A stretch of DNA of 64,000 bases from Lama glama (taxonomy: Eukaryota): contig CM052817.1 of the NCBI GenBank assembly GCA_028534125.1, forward strand, positions 56,174,001-56,238,000. Reading direction: 5' to 3'. Within the stretch, counting starts at the first letter, position 1; each line of letters begins with the position of its first letter. Both the position numbers and the translations under genes were made by a program. The notes under the pieces are model-generated. The model searched no databases. It had not been told where the DNA came from and worked only from the letters and a program-made list of their open reading frames with translations. Shown in pieces: positions 39,480 through 53,319 of the stretch.

Positions 39480-40519
39480 TGAGGATATATGTTAATCTGA
39501 CTAGGACTCGGACTGTGCTTCATGGTCACTATGATGGGAACAGGCTTCAAATTCCTCTAGTGCCCTTGTTTGTCTCTCTGTTGTTAGGTTTCCCTAAGAC
39601 CTACTCAGGTAGAGTCTGCATCTTATAACATTGTCAGCTGTAATCAACTGCTGTTGTACTGGAGTCCTACTGGTGTGGTAGTAAGATGAGGGGAAGGGGA
39701 AGCTTTCCAGAATTTTATAATGAAATCTCAACCTTGTAGTGAGCGTTTCTCTTTTCTCTGACATTCTCATGTATTTTTCCAGTGCTCTTTGTCTTTTTTT
39801 TTTTTCCCTCATCCTTAGGTGAGACAAGCAGGCATTGGGAGACTTGAGTTGGTAGAGATCCCTTCCTCCAACTGGTCAAAGGCCTTTGTAAAATCTTTTC
39901 CCCCTGGAGAATAAGAACTGTTTATGGAGAAAAAGTAGCAGGTTTTTCACAATGATTACTCTTCCTCCCTCTGCCAGAGCATTAAATGAGAGGATGTTTT
40001 TTCAGGATCTTCAGTGTAAAAGCCTGATGGGGTTACTGGATGCAAAATCCATAAATGTTGGGGCCCACTTCTAGGAATGAGGCGTTTAGCAGTTTCCCAT
40101 GCTTATTCTAGTCTACATTCAATTTCATCAATCCATCAAAATTACCATTTGTGTCTTTCTATCGGTTCATGGGTTTACCAACTTCTGTTTCACGTAAACC
40201 AATCTCAGCTGTGCCTATTTGGATTCACCCATCTCTCAATATTTCCTAATGGTGATTTGCCCTACAACCTCAGCTCTACACTGTGTCCAAGAAAAGTTGA
40301 TTTTCCAATTGTTCAACTTTTTCTTGTTATAACAATGAAGTAACATTTTCCCAAGCTTTGTATATGTTGGCCCAAAACAGTACATCCCCATTATTTATGT
40401 TTAATAGACATTTCTCTAGTAAGTACTGATATTGGACATTTTTTTAATGTTTATTGGCTACTAGTATATCTTCATTTCTTCAAGTGTCTGTTCAGTCTCT
40501 GCTCATTTTTCTTGGGTTA
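39480..40519 (-). mobile_element. Old LINE-1 (L1M) fragments, antisense
   Basis: gttaatctgactagg...ggcttcaaattcctctagtgcccttg and ttttaatgtttattggc...aagtgtctgttca. Confidence 0.7.
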
Positions 40520-40903
40520 TGTCATGAGCTGAATTGTGGCCTCTCCACAAATGCGTATGTTGAAGTCTTAACCCTCCAGCATCACAGAATGTGAGTATAT
40601 ATGTTGTTTGGGTCTTTTAAAAACCTTTAATTAAGGTTAAATGAAGTTACAAAGGTTGGTTCTAACCTCATATGACTGATATTCTTATAAAAAGAGGTTA
40701 GAACAGAAATGCAGACATAAGCATGACCATGTGATTGACACAGTGAGAAGGCAGCTATCTGCAAGCCAAAGAGACCATAAAATAAACCAAACCTGCAGAC
40801 ACCTTGATCTTGTACTTCAAGCCTGAAGAATTGTGAGGTATTTCTGTTATTTAAGCCAACCAGTCGTATTATTGTGTTATGGCAGCCCTAGCAAACTAAT
40901 ACA
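40520..40903 (+). mobile_element. MaLR solo LTR (MLT1A/B-like) with perfect 5-bp TSD
   Basis: tgtcatgagctgaattgtg...ggcagccctagcaaactaataca; GGTTA on both sides (40515-40519, 40904-40908). Confidence 0.9.
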
Positions 40904-40917
40904 GGTTACTTGCTATT

Positions 40918-41347
40918 TTTAGGTTAGATAGAGCCCCTTCCAAAAATGAATATCCACCGAGAAACTCAGAATGTGACTTTATTTGGAAATAGAGTCTTTG
41001 CAGATGTGATTAGCTTAGGATCTCAAAATGAAATCATCCTGGATTTAGATGTAGCCTTAAATCCAATGACTGGTGTCTTTATGGTAAGAGAAGACAGTGA
41101 CACATGGTGAAGAGGTTGCATGAAGAGGGAAGCAGAAATTAGTTTGATGGAAAGGGTTGTCAACAACTACCGGAATCGAAGAGAGAGGCACGGGACAGTT
41201 TTTCCTTCAGGGCCCTCAGAAGGAACCAACCCTGCTGATACCTTGATTTTAAACTTCTATTTTTAGAGTTGTGAGAGAATAAATGCCTCTTGTTTTAAGC
41301 TACCAGTTGATGGCAATTTATTATGGCGACTCCAGGAAACTAATATA
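40918..41347 (+). mobile_element. MaLR solo LTR (MLT1C-like)
   Basis: ctcagaatgtgactttatttggaaatagagtctttgcagatg...ccaggaaactaatata; possible TSD ctatt/ctaat. Confidence 0.88.
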
Positions 41348-42439
41348 CTAATTGTATTACTGAATTTTTAACATTTCTTTATGTGTAACTCCACTCATAT
41401 TTCATTATTCAAAGTCACATGGAAAAGATTGATATCAATGGGCATAGATATAAAATTCCTTCTGGGAGGGGTGGTAAATATTTGGCAATAATAAATGTAG
41501 TCTATCACACTCAGTTTTATATTTTTATATGCATCAATTATAAACATTAATACTTCTATACTAATATATTATGCATATCTCAGACATACAGAAACATTTA
41601 ATGGATAAGATAAAGCTGGGTTATGTATTAAGTAATATTTATTATAGCTATATATAAACTCCATGTAGTTCTTAGTCTGTGATTGAATATGCTATATTAT
41701 GTATCATAATTTATTAAAATTTTGATATAACGAGTTTGTGTATAGCATTTAAAGTTCTAATATCCAAATTTTGTTTATGTTCATGTCTGGTTATACTGGT
41801 GACCATAAATGGAAAAGGTATATAAAAAGTTGCATATACCCAATTGGAAGAACAATATCATTTTCTGTGCTCACAACATCATGGGTCTTCTTTTTCAGTC
41901 TTAAATCCTGTTTTGCAAAAGTTTCTCTCAAACATGTTGACTTTTACATTTACCACAGTTAACAAAACCAATTCCAACTCTTCATTGGGAAGATTTTTAT
42001 GTAGAATAGAATACTTCTCTTCAAGTTTTCTGCCTTTTTTCACCCATTCAATACAACTGTTCTTATTTTTGAATTTAAACATAATTTTAAGTATTAAATT
42101 ACCTAACAATGGAAACATTTTCAAAAATACATTTTAAAAAATGCTTTCTATGTAACAGATTTCTGTAGGAAAGTCTTGCTTTTTCTTTTTATTTGTAAAA
42201 AATATCTCCCTTGCTTGGAAAGGAATAAATGATGATATGATATATAAACCAAATCTTAATGCTTTTAAAATAAGCCACTGTAAAAATTTAAAAACTGAAA
42301 GAAAATTTCTTAGGAGATGATTTTGAATATAAAGTCATTTACAGAGATGATCTAAAATACAAACTAAAGATGGACTTCTGATTCTTCAAACTATCTTGTT
42401 CTCTCTCTCTATATATATCTATGTACATATATGGATATG

Positions 42440-42965
42440 AATTTTCTTGACACCTTTTCAAAAATTAATTGACCACAAAATGAAAGTTTATTTTTGAACT
42501 TTCAAATTTTTTTTCATTGATGTAGATACCTACCAATGTGCTAAGTATTACATAAGTACTGTAGTTTTGCAGTGCATTTTGATCTCAGGAAATATTGAGT
42601 CCTCCAAATTTGTCCTGTCTTTCACAATTATTTTGACTTTTTTGTGTTCCTTTCATTCCCATATAAATTTGAGAATCAGTTTGTCAATTTCTGCAAAAAA
42701 CAAAGCTGAAAAATTAATAGGAATTTTTTTGAATCTGTAGATCAATGTAAGAGTATGCCATCTTAATAATATTATATCTTTTTATCCATAAATAGGAATT
42801 TTTTTCATTCTTATCATAAACATTTTGAATTTTTCAGACAAGTCATGAGCTTCTTTTATTCAACTTATTCCTAACTATTATTTTAGTTTTAATCTTGATA
42901 GTATTTTGATGAATCCAGACATTGAGTTTTAACATAAAATTTATATTTTGGACTTGCAAACATAC
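42440..42965 (-). mobile_element. Old LINE-1 ORF2 fragment, antisense
   Basis: catataaatttgagaatcagtttgtcaatttctgcaaaa...gaatctgtagatcaat. Confidence 0.8.
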
Positions 42966-43347
42966 AAACACACAAAAAACATATGCACAATACACTCTCA
43001 GTAAGTTATCCCACATTTTTACATTTCTTAGTAAGCTACATGAATAATTTGAATAAAGAATGAATTGGTTGAAGAACAAATTCAAATGAACTCTATTTTG
43101 GGAGAATTGAAGACAGGAAGCTAAGTATAGCAGCAGTTGATACTTAGCTGTAAGCAATTTAAAGATGGTAATTGGTGATTTTTAATTTTTTAATTATTCA
43201 ATTAATTGAATTATTCAGTTTAGTGGGATGTAAATATAGCTGTTACTGTTTACAATAACATTTTGTATGGCAAAAGATGATAGTTAATTTGAGCAAAATA
43301 CTCAGAACTAAAATGCATCAAGAGGGAATTAGTTTTGTGTTCTTTCC

Positions 43348-43820
43348 TGTGGTAAATAGAAAAAATGCCTCCTCCCAAATGTATTAATTTCCAGATTACT
43401 GGATCAAGTGAATATTGTGTTCTATGGGAAAAGAGTAAATATATTGCATTATACAGCAAAGTGTGATTAAGTTAAGGATTTTGAGAGGAGGAGAATATTC
43501 AAGTGGGCCTTAAATCCAATGACAAGTGTCCTTACAAGAGACAGAAGAGGATAAGACACAAAGAGGAGAAGGCAATGTGAAGACAGGGTTAGAAACTGGA
43601 GTAATAAGGCCACAGTCCATGAAAAAGCAATGCTGTCAGTCACTAGAATCAGGGAAAATCAAGAACAGATTCTTCTTTGGAGACTCCAGAGCAAATGTGG
43701 CCTTCCCAACACCTTGATTTCAGAATTTTAGCCTCTAAAACTACGAGAAAATAAATTTCTGTCATTTTGAGTCACCAAGCTTATAGGAATCTTTTGCAGA
43801 ACTTTTAGGAAATGAATACA
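43348..43820 (+). mobile_element. MaLR solo LTR (MLT1D-like)
   Basis: tgtggta start, gtgattaagttaaggattttgag, aatccaatgacaagtgtcctta, end ggaaatgaataca. Confidence 0.85.
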
Positions 43821-44616
43821 TTTTTTCTTAGAAATATTTTATCTAGATCCTAACATTTCTGTTTTCAGAATTATTTTAAATTAAAAAAAATTTATATGGT
43901 GTGTAGGCAAAATATTAAATTAGTTATTTATACATTCCCAAAGAGAGTTAGTATTTTAAATTTAATTATGACTATTTAATATAAATTTGATTTCTCAAAG
44001 ATTGACTTCTGCATTTCTTAAAAATACAGTTAAATTCAAAATTTAAAAAGGCATTAATACATATATATGCAATTTTTAGTATGGCTTTGTGAAATTTACA
44101 GCATTAAGAAATAACTTAATTTTAATAAAGACTGTGAAACATTATTTAACCCATTCTGCTGGCCACTATGTATATTGGCAAAATAACTGAGTTAATATTT
44201 ATGTAGAAACAGATATTGATGCCTGTAAAAATAAAGTTGTCTTTCTATATTAAACATAACTGCTGCCTTATTGTCTAACTCCATATTCAAGTTTCAGATT
44301 ATCATAATATTGATGACTTCCATAGAAAAAAAGATTTAGAGAATAGTATTTTATGTAGCCTTTAGAATTCTATGCCAAGAATTCTATACCAAGAATTCTT
44401 GGTATAATGTATTTTTTTCAATAAATAAAATTCTGGATACAAATTTTTAAAATAATCTTAATAGAATAATAGAATAAAAAAGGAAAAAATATTATTTTAG
44501 AATTTTGGTTGTTAAGTGGCTGATAATATAGATTCAAAATTGCCTTATATTTTTTCTTTGATAATAAAAGCAAATTAACTAATATGTGACTATCTTAATT
44601 TTTATCCAAGTTAAAA

Positions 44617-44652
44617 TATTATATATATATATATATACACACATATATATAT
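44617..44652. repeat. (TA)n/(CA)n microsatellite
   Basis: Seen directly. Confidence 0.85.
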
Positions 44653-46039
44653 TTTAGGCCTCATAAAAAAATTGAATTCATATTACATTAAAAAGAGTGG
44701 TAATTTTAAAAAAGCATCTTTCTGACTAGATTTGATTCCTTTTTTCCATAATAAATATTTAGACTAGTAAAAACATACAGAGCTCCAAGAAATATTTTTG
44801 TACTAAATAGTTTTGAGTTTTACTTTCTTATTTCCTTTTTTTAAAAGGTTTTTTCAGTGAAATGTGTTCCAATTTTAGTACTCGTGCTGCAGAAGAGAGC
44901 ACTTGCAGTGAAATATGACACTGTGGAGAAAGGAACACTCTTTGATCTTGAAATCAGAACTTCAATCTGCTCTTTGCTGTGTTTCTGTAGTTCAGAACCC
45001 TGGTGTATTTAATCATATAACCAAGAGTCTAGTACCACTATCCAGTTATGAGTAATCACTTTAGATAGACCACATACAACATGGTGACCCTTTTCCAACA
45101 ATCTTTTCCTTTCTCTCTAGATAATGTTTACAAATCTTCATTATTTTCTTTAGGTCTTCCACCCAACTTCTTTCTCTCTACTCACTTTAACCTTCTCTTG
45201 TCTACTCATAAGCCTCTGCACCTTTGTATTTGTCATTTCTTTCTTTCCTTCCAGTATATGAAGACTGGAAGAGACTATTAAGATTATATGTATTAGCTAA
45301 TGCTAATCCAGGTTATCTGTATTCTTCACACATTACATGCTCTCTCCACTCTTTTTTTCTCCCCAGTTTGCTTTTCCTAGAATTTTGAGTATCTTCAAAG
45401 TTTCATCAACAGACTTGTGTTACATTGTATTGGCTATTTTGGCAAGCTTTCCCACTGATAAATTTGAAATACAACCTATGTGTTCATAATTCCTAACCCG
45501 TATCTTCAAGATTGACCTCTTTCATGCCTTGCAAGTTCATACAGCCAATTAGTTGCTGAATTTCTTCACTTGGGCATCTCACAAACTCAGCATATTCAAA
45601 AAGTAGCTCTTCAGAGTTGCCTTTAGAACTCATTCTTCATCCCTCTTCTATATCAGGTAACTTCAACCTAGTAATTCAAATTTAAAATAATGCTAGTGAT
45701 CTATGCTCCTCCCTATCTCTAAATGTGCATTAAGACTCTAAACAAGTCTTGTTTCATTTGAGTAATAGTCTACTAAAATTACTTCTTTAGATTATTTCTG
45801 CATCATAGATTTTTGTGAGGATTAACTGAGATAATGCAAAGAGTTTAAAATAGAGTCTGTCTGATGATGAATATCAAGAAATGTTAGCTGCTACCATTAT
45901 AATTTTTAGCATAATTACTATTTTTTAAATGTACTGAATTGAGTTATTCAAAACCAAAGTGAGCAAACCTGAACTAGGCAGAGGAAATAGCAAAAGCAAA
46001 GCTAGAATATAATAAAGAGAAAATAAATTGATTGTTCAG

Positions 46040-48680
46040 TGTTACTGTATTATAAAGTATTTACCAGAGACAAGATGGAGACAAGCCTGGAAAAACACAT
46101 TGAGTCCAAGATTTCAAGTGTCCCAGAAATCGCAAGTAGTAAATGAGAATATCAAAGACATAAAAATCCCAATGAAAGAGGAAGCACCTGGAATGACATG
46201 GTAAAGGCCTAATAAAGGTGTTCCTTTGCAAAAGCAATGAGGATATTGGCAAAAAATGATCAAAATCAACATTTTCCCAAACTCTGGAAATCAACCAAAG
46301 GTTGGTAACAATCTGAAGGGCATTTATTCAAGAAAAATGCCTGAATCATGGTAAGAACCGTGATTTTTATGGAGTTTCCATTTGCTTATTTCTGTAATCC
46401 TCTCCCCAATTCCATGGTAGCTTTGAAATGTGTCGCCTAGCAGATACTGGAGAGTGGAGAACAGGTTTACAGCTTCCTAAAAAGTCCCACCTTCATAGGA
46501 TTTTAACTATATTATCTGTTTGGCAACTCTGTGGACAAGCCCCATTCATGGGACTTGTCTTTAATTGACCTAAGTTTTTTTTTTCGTTTGCATACTATTT
46601 TTTCATTATAGGTTACTACAAGATGTTGAATATAGTTCCATGTGCTATACAGAAGAAACTTGTATATCTATTTTATATATAGTAGTTGGTTATCTACAAA
46701 TCTTGAACTCCCAATTTATCCCTTCCCATCACCTTTCCCCCGGTAACCATAAGTTTATTTTCTATGTCTTTGAGTCTGTTTCTGTTTTGTAAATAAGTTC
46801 ATTTGTGTCTTTTTTTTTTATTAGATTCCACATATGAGTGGTATCATATGGTATTTTTCTTTCTTTTTCTGGCTTGCTTTACTTATAATGACAATCTCCA
46901 GGTCCATCCATGTTGCTGCAAATGCATTACTTTATTTTTGTTTATGGCTGAGTAGCATTCCATTGTATAAATGTGCCACAACTTCTTTATCCAGTCATCT
47001 ATCAATGGACATTTAGGTCGTTTCCATGTCTTGGCTATTGTAAATAGCTATTATGAGTACTGAGATTTTGCTCAGTAGGGAAGCTCTTGTCTTAGGATTT
47101 TCATCAAAGTAGTGATACCAGTTGAGGAAAATAAGAGGGTGGCCAAAGACTTAAAAGGGAAATCTTAGGACTATGATGGCTCTAAGGGATCTGGAAAAGT
47201 TCTAACCTATTCCTGGAAATGTAGAGACCATGTGCATGTACAGGGCTGTACGCTAAGGGAAGACCTGAGGCTTTAATATCTCACATTTTTCTGACCTTGA
47301 GCCTCCATGTAAGCAGAAAATGAAGGTTAAGGCAAAATTGTTAATTGTAGGTGTTTTGAAGTCTTGCCCAATACAAGGAGCCCCTCAGCAGTGGGTAAAA
47401 GACTAATTTATAAAATGTATTAAGGAAATATCTGTCTAATTATCAGCTGACTGCTACAGCCACAGAAAATTGACTTCAGTGGTCTCAAAAGACAATAGAG
47501 ACTAGTATAGGAAAGTCACTAAACAAACAAATAACAAAGAAAACAAGCCCTAGAGGGAAGGGAGAGGATATGGTTTCTAGCATCATTGTGTTCTCTTTAT
47601 TCAAAATATCCAGTTGAAAAATACTTGAAGTATGCAAAGAAACAAAAATGTATTGTCAATACAAAAGGAATAAATATTAAGTCTATAGAAAGTGTCCCAG
47701 AAGAAGCCCACATTTTGGATTGACTGGATAAAGAGTTTAAAGCAGTTATTATAAATATGTCCAAAGAACCAAGAAAACTCTATTTAAAGAATAAGTGAAA
47801 AGTATGGGAATGATGTCTCCCAAATAAAGAATATTAGTAAAGAGATAAAAAATTGTTTAAAAAGAAGCAAAAAATTTCTGGAATTGAAAATTACAATAAC
47901 TGAAATGATTTGAGCTTCCAAAAATAAAGAACTGGCAAAGTGGGAGATAAATCAGTTGTGATAGCCAGTGTGAGGAACAGAAAGAAATGATGAAGAAACT
48001 TTGTTGAGGAAGTAGAGAAATCAGAACCTTTAAAATTGTTAATTGGATTATAAAATGATACAGCTATATTGGAAAAGTTTGGCAGTTCTTCACAATGTTA
48101 AGCATAGCATTACTACATGACCCAGTAATTCTACTCTTAGGTGTAAATCCAAGAGAAATTAGAGGACATGCCCACATAACAACTTTTACATGGATGTTGA
48201 TAGCATCACTGTTCATAATGGTACAAAAGGAGATACAACCCAAATATCCATCAAGTGATGAATGGATAGCCAGATATACAAAGCAGTATACCCATACAAT
48301 GGAATATTATTTGACAATAAAAATGAAGTACTAATATATGTTACATCATGGATGAACTTTGAAAATACTATGCTAAATTAACAAGGCCAACTACAAAAGA
48401 AAACCATTGTAGAGTTCCATTTGTGTGAAATTCCAGAATACAGAAATACATATAGAAAGTAGATTCATGATTGCCAGGAGTTTGGGAGATGAGGTAATGA
48501 GAATTGACTTCCAATGGATATGAGTTTTCTTTCGATAGTGGTCTGATGTACTCTGGAATTAGGTAGTGTGATGGCTATACATCTCTGTGAATAAAATAAA
48601 AACACTGAATTATGCACTTTAAAGGGAGAATTTTCTGCTTTATGAATTTATCTCAATAAAATTATAATTTAAAAAAATCC
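46040..48680 (+). mobile_element. Old LINE-1 composite (5'/ORF1-region fragments, then L1MB-like 3' end from ~48000)
   Basis: caaaatcaacattttcccaaactctggaaatcaaccaaagg; ORF1-like ttattataaatatgtccaaagaacc; ORF 48095-48334 (DPVILLLGVNPRE...MLIASLF) is ORF2 C-terminus-like; ends tatctcaataaa. Confidence 0.8.
46575..47058 (-). mobile_element. Younger LINE-1 3' UTR (cetartiodactyl-type) nested antisense in older L1
   Basis: Poly-T, then ttataggttactacaagatgttgaatatagttccatgtgctatacag...gattccacatatgagtg...ttggctattgtaaatag. Confidence 0.88.
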
Positions 48681-48923
48681 TAATGAACACAGATAGCCTT
48701 GTCAGAAACTGAGTAATAGTTTTCAGTTTATTATTTTGCATTGGTTAGTGGTACTTATATATAATAATGCACTTATAATATACATTAGTAACATATATTA
48801 TATATGTGTATATTAAGGCAAAATTTAGTATAAAAGGAAATGAGTGATATTAGATCTTGGCATTTGTTCCTTGCATGTAATGTGCTTTAAATAAATAGTT
48901 CTCATGTTTTGCGTAGTTAGAAA

Positions 48924-48996
48924 CTATATATACATATATATATATACACACACACACACACATATGCATATATATATATGTATAAACACATATGTA
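48924..48996. repeat. Compound (TA)n(CA)n microsatellite
   Basis: Seen directly. Confidence 0.9.
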
Positions 48997-51384
48997 TTTT
49001 TAGGAAACTGAAAGAAAGCAGACTTCTAGAAAAATTTTCTTGTCTCCTTGTCTCTTGAGAGCAATGTATCTTAAGAATTGCAAACTGTTCAACATCACTT
49101 AAGTAAGTTAGGCAGACATACAATTGACAGTATAAACTTAAATAATATGTAATGGTTAAATAAAAATATTAAGGACAATAATGATTATAGCCTGTCTTCT
49201 CACGTTCAATATTATGACAGTGTCAATGAATAATAAGGAATTGAGGAGGTGGACAGGAAAAACCTCCTGATTTTTTCATGTGATTTTTCTTCAGCAGTGA
49301 ACTTAATATATTTGTTTTCATGATATGCTCATTAGTTATTGTATCAACAATTTAATAATATATTCAGTTCAGAGGCAGGTGTTTATATATTTGGATGCTT
49401 TTTTTAGTGTGTAGACATAACCAATTTTTCTGAATCTTGGGTGTTTAGAATATTTGATTTCTAGGGTCATCAAAATCTTTCTTTTTCTTCTTTTTTTCCT
49501 TTTCTTTTTTTTTTTTGGAAAGACTAGAGCATGACTAAATGATTCTAGAAAGAACATAATAAACATGAATGAATGCCTTGATAGACTGATAACATATAGG
49601 AGGCTTTAGTACATATATTCAATACAGAATATTATAAATTTAAAGCCAATTTGAATTTTGTTTTCTCCTAGTAACTCTAAACCCAAAAAATAGCTATGAC
49701 ACATTGTGCTACTGTAACACTGCAACAGAGTCAACAGTTTTAGTTCTTCAATTTGCATATAATTTGAAGGGGACACTTTAACATCGCTCAGGTATTTACA
49801 AATTACTATGGTATCCACCAGAGTGTTCTATTTCCAAAGAAAAGGTGTTTTGCCACATATTACCCTTTCCCATAGAATGAGACATTTGCTAAAATCACTC
49901 TGTAAATACAGAGCTAGGTTTTATACCTCAGAGTTGCAAATGTTATTTAATTTAGACTCATAATAAAGAAACAGCATATAAAAATTGCAGATAGTGTACA
50001 CAACGTAAAAATGCCTTTCTAATAAAAGATGATCGCTAGGGGGTCACTGTGATTCTGTCTTACATGCAAAACCTGTCTTTCAAACAAGACTTGAGAGTGT
50101 TAGGAAGAAGTTACCAAGAGTGCAGAGCAGTTTATTAATTCCTGACCCAGTTTGAACTTGATGGTATATTTTTTTTTCGTAGATGGTAAGGAAGCTGCCA
50201 TTTAATAGGTAATGTACTCTTTCCTGTCTGTAACTCCACCTCCGCATGTAAGAAGCACACATCAGAAAATGTGTATGTATCTGTCTATGACTGACTAGGA
50301 TAAGGGCTAGTTCATTTCTTTTGTGGCCTTCCACAAGCCTATTTTGTATGAGTGGAAATAACCCAATCAGTACCTTTAGGTCAAGCCCTTTGTCTTCATC
50401 TTCCTTATAGGTCCACAGCCTACCCCAATGCCGACCTCAAAGCAGATGTTTGAATTAACATTGGCTGAATAATTAATAGCTTACATGCTGCTATTACTGA
50501 AACACTTGTTTCATCATTATTTTGTACAGCCTTAATATAAAATGCACTCTCTCTTATATTCGTATTTAAAACGAGAGAACTCCTCAAAGATTATTCTTAG
50601 AATGACTATTTGGATAAAATCAGAAGTACTTAATTCATAAATTAGTTTAAAGAGTCTTTGAAGCTGGAGTTTCCTTGATCATAGCAGAAAGGGTCAAGGA
50701 TAATTTTTCACACAACTGCCACCTGGCTGACTGACACAGCTGAAAACACCACTGGCTGAAAGATGCATTCTATTTTCAAAGTTAAAATGAAAAATTTTTT
50801 AAATGAACTACTGGAAAAAGATGGATACAAATTGGCTTTCCTCTAGGAAAAATAGTCCGAAACATATGTTGACTTTTGTGCCCTCTCATGTCACTTTCTT
50901 TATGCCCATGTGACTGAAGGTCCCACCCTCCTTTGATGACCTTGTCCTGGCTTTGTCCCCAAACACTCTTTACTGTTCAGTCAATCTCATTACTATACTC
51001 ACCCTCCCAAGCTCACTCTTGTGTTTTCAAACTTAATTGTTCTTTAAAGCTCTGTTCTAGTTTTTACTGTTTTTTTAATTTAAAAAATCTCATTTTTTCC
51101 AAAAAACATAATAAGGCTTCATGGCAGACTAGTGAGTACCATTTTTAAGGAATACTAATGACAATCTATCCAGGCAGTTGTATAACTTAGCTCCATGTAT
51201 AATAACTAACAATAAAAGGGTATAAAGAAATATCATTATTTGAGGACCAAGTCATGCTCAGCACTATGATAAAGGACCAGGATTCTGAGAGGAGCAAGAT
51301 AGACATATATCCAGAAACCATGGACTTTATATTACAGCATGACAAATTTCTGACAAATCACACTTAAAGTTCTCCTTTTTAAAA

Positions 51385-52215
51385 AGACATTATTTATTTA
51401 TTATTTATTGCTTTCAAATGCAATAGTAATATATGCATAGGGTAAAAATTCAAATATACAAGCATTTAAGTCTCTTTTATTCACTCTTCAGTGGAAAGTA
51501 GCTTTAAATGCTTTGGTGTATATTTCTAAGTGTTTGTCTCTCTGAGATCTCAGTCTCCTCTGTCATCTCTCTCATACACATGTAATTTTTCAGAAGAAAT
51601 ATTATTTTTCTATCTGTATATTTTTCTTCCCAGGTTTATTTAACAACACTACATTATGGAGTTATTTCTGTGTCAGTACTTATTAATTTGTATCACTGTT
51701 TATAATGGTTTTATAATATTTCATATTATAGTGGCTACATTCATCATGATATATTCACTTTTTGGATTATTTACAACTTTTCCTCATAAAAGGTATGCTT
51801 CAGTGGCCATCGCTGATCATGCATCTTTGGCTACATGTGCAAAAGCTTTTGTAGGATAGAGCATTAGTAGTAAAATTGTTGACCAAATGAAATATTTGAC
51901 ATTTTGTTACACAGTGTCTATTAGCCTTTATAAATGCTATATACTTTGTATTTCTATCCAAGTATATGAATATATTGATTTCTGATACTCTAACTGATAT
52001 GACATAATAGCATTATTTTTATTGGTCAGTTGATATGTTTTTCTTGGTCAACTAGAAATGAAATTTGTTTTCTCTACCATATGTATTATTATAATTGCTG
52101 AAGTCTTACTACTAGTTTATATACTTGGGCTATGATTTATACTCCTTCTGAGAACTAATGCTTCATTTTTATCACATATGTTTTTTGAGTATTTTTTTTT
52201 AATTTTGGAGAACAT
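51385..52215 (-). mobile_element. Very old LINE-1 (L1ME-like) 3' fragments, antisense
   Basis: Degenerate antisense L1 motifs (catgcatctttggctacatgtgc, tgtaggataga..tagtagtaaaattg). Confidence 0.55.
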
Positions 52216-52931
52216 TTATATATTACATGCATCAAGCAATGGTAATAGAATGAATACTAGAAACACTATTGTGTATAGAAATTGTCTTGAAATGAATGTT
52301 ACTGTAATTACCATACTGTTTGATTTCTATGTTTTGAATTATTTTGATGAATCCATTTTGTTTTAATTATTTTGATTTGAGTTATCTGTGTAAAAGAGTT
52401 GCTTTAATTATTGTTCTTAACAGGTATTTTTTCCCAGTCTATTTAGCCTTCTCTTCTTTAAGTTTCTCAACAATGTATTATGTTTTACTCACATCAACCA
52501 CTGCCTCCTTTCCCTTCTCCCCAGAACAGACTAGACTATGTAATGAATATATTAAATACTAGAACTGGCTATAGGTTCCTTGGTCTACAACTTTAAAAAA
52601 TTCCAGCATTCTTTTTTAAGTACCTCATAATCTTAATGCACTGTTATAACAAATCAAATGGCTGAGGTTCTATGGGAATAAAAGGAAGAAAAACACATCA
52701 TCTATTAAGTTTTCTTAAAATATATATGTATATATATAAGTGTATGTAAATACAAATGTTGGAGATAAGGTAGTTAGTTTTGGGAAATATTTCCTGATGT
52801 TGTTTTATTTATCTCTTCATCTATTTTCATTGTTTACTTGATGTTGCTTACATTCTCTGAAGTGATGAATGTTCTTTTAATTCATAAACATGTAATAGTC
52901 CAAACATTGATAGTTACAAGAAAACATTAGT

Positions 52932-53230
52932 CCAATAGTTCCCAAAGTATTGTCCATAAGGTCTAAATCATTTTCATAATAATACTGAAACTCATTTGAC
53001 TTATCACTGTGTGACATTTGCACTGATGGTGTCAAAGTAATAGTGGGTAAAACTGCTGGTGCCTTTGTGCAGTGGCTCCTCGTGAGCGTTCATTGTAGTT
53101 GACATTGCCACACGTTCATGGTAAATAAAGTAACTTTTCCATTTAAGAATGTTCTTGAAAAAATTGTTATTGAATCTCAATTCCTGAATATATGACTTTA
53201 TAAAATAGTCTCTGTGACAAAATTATAAGG
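52932..53230 (+). mobile_element. hAT-Charlie (Charlie1-like) DNA transposon fragment
   Basis: cattttcataataatact...gacatttgcactgatggtg..gggtaaaactgctggtgcc, encoding a DICTDG..GKTAGA transposase-like motif. Confidence 0.8.
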
Positions 53231-53319
53231 ACAGAGAGTTTACAAGGTTGAATGATTATAATATTCACCTAATATCTGCCCCCCAATTAGCCTACATTTC
53301 TGTACATGGCAGAGACCAA

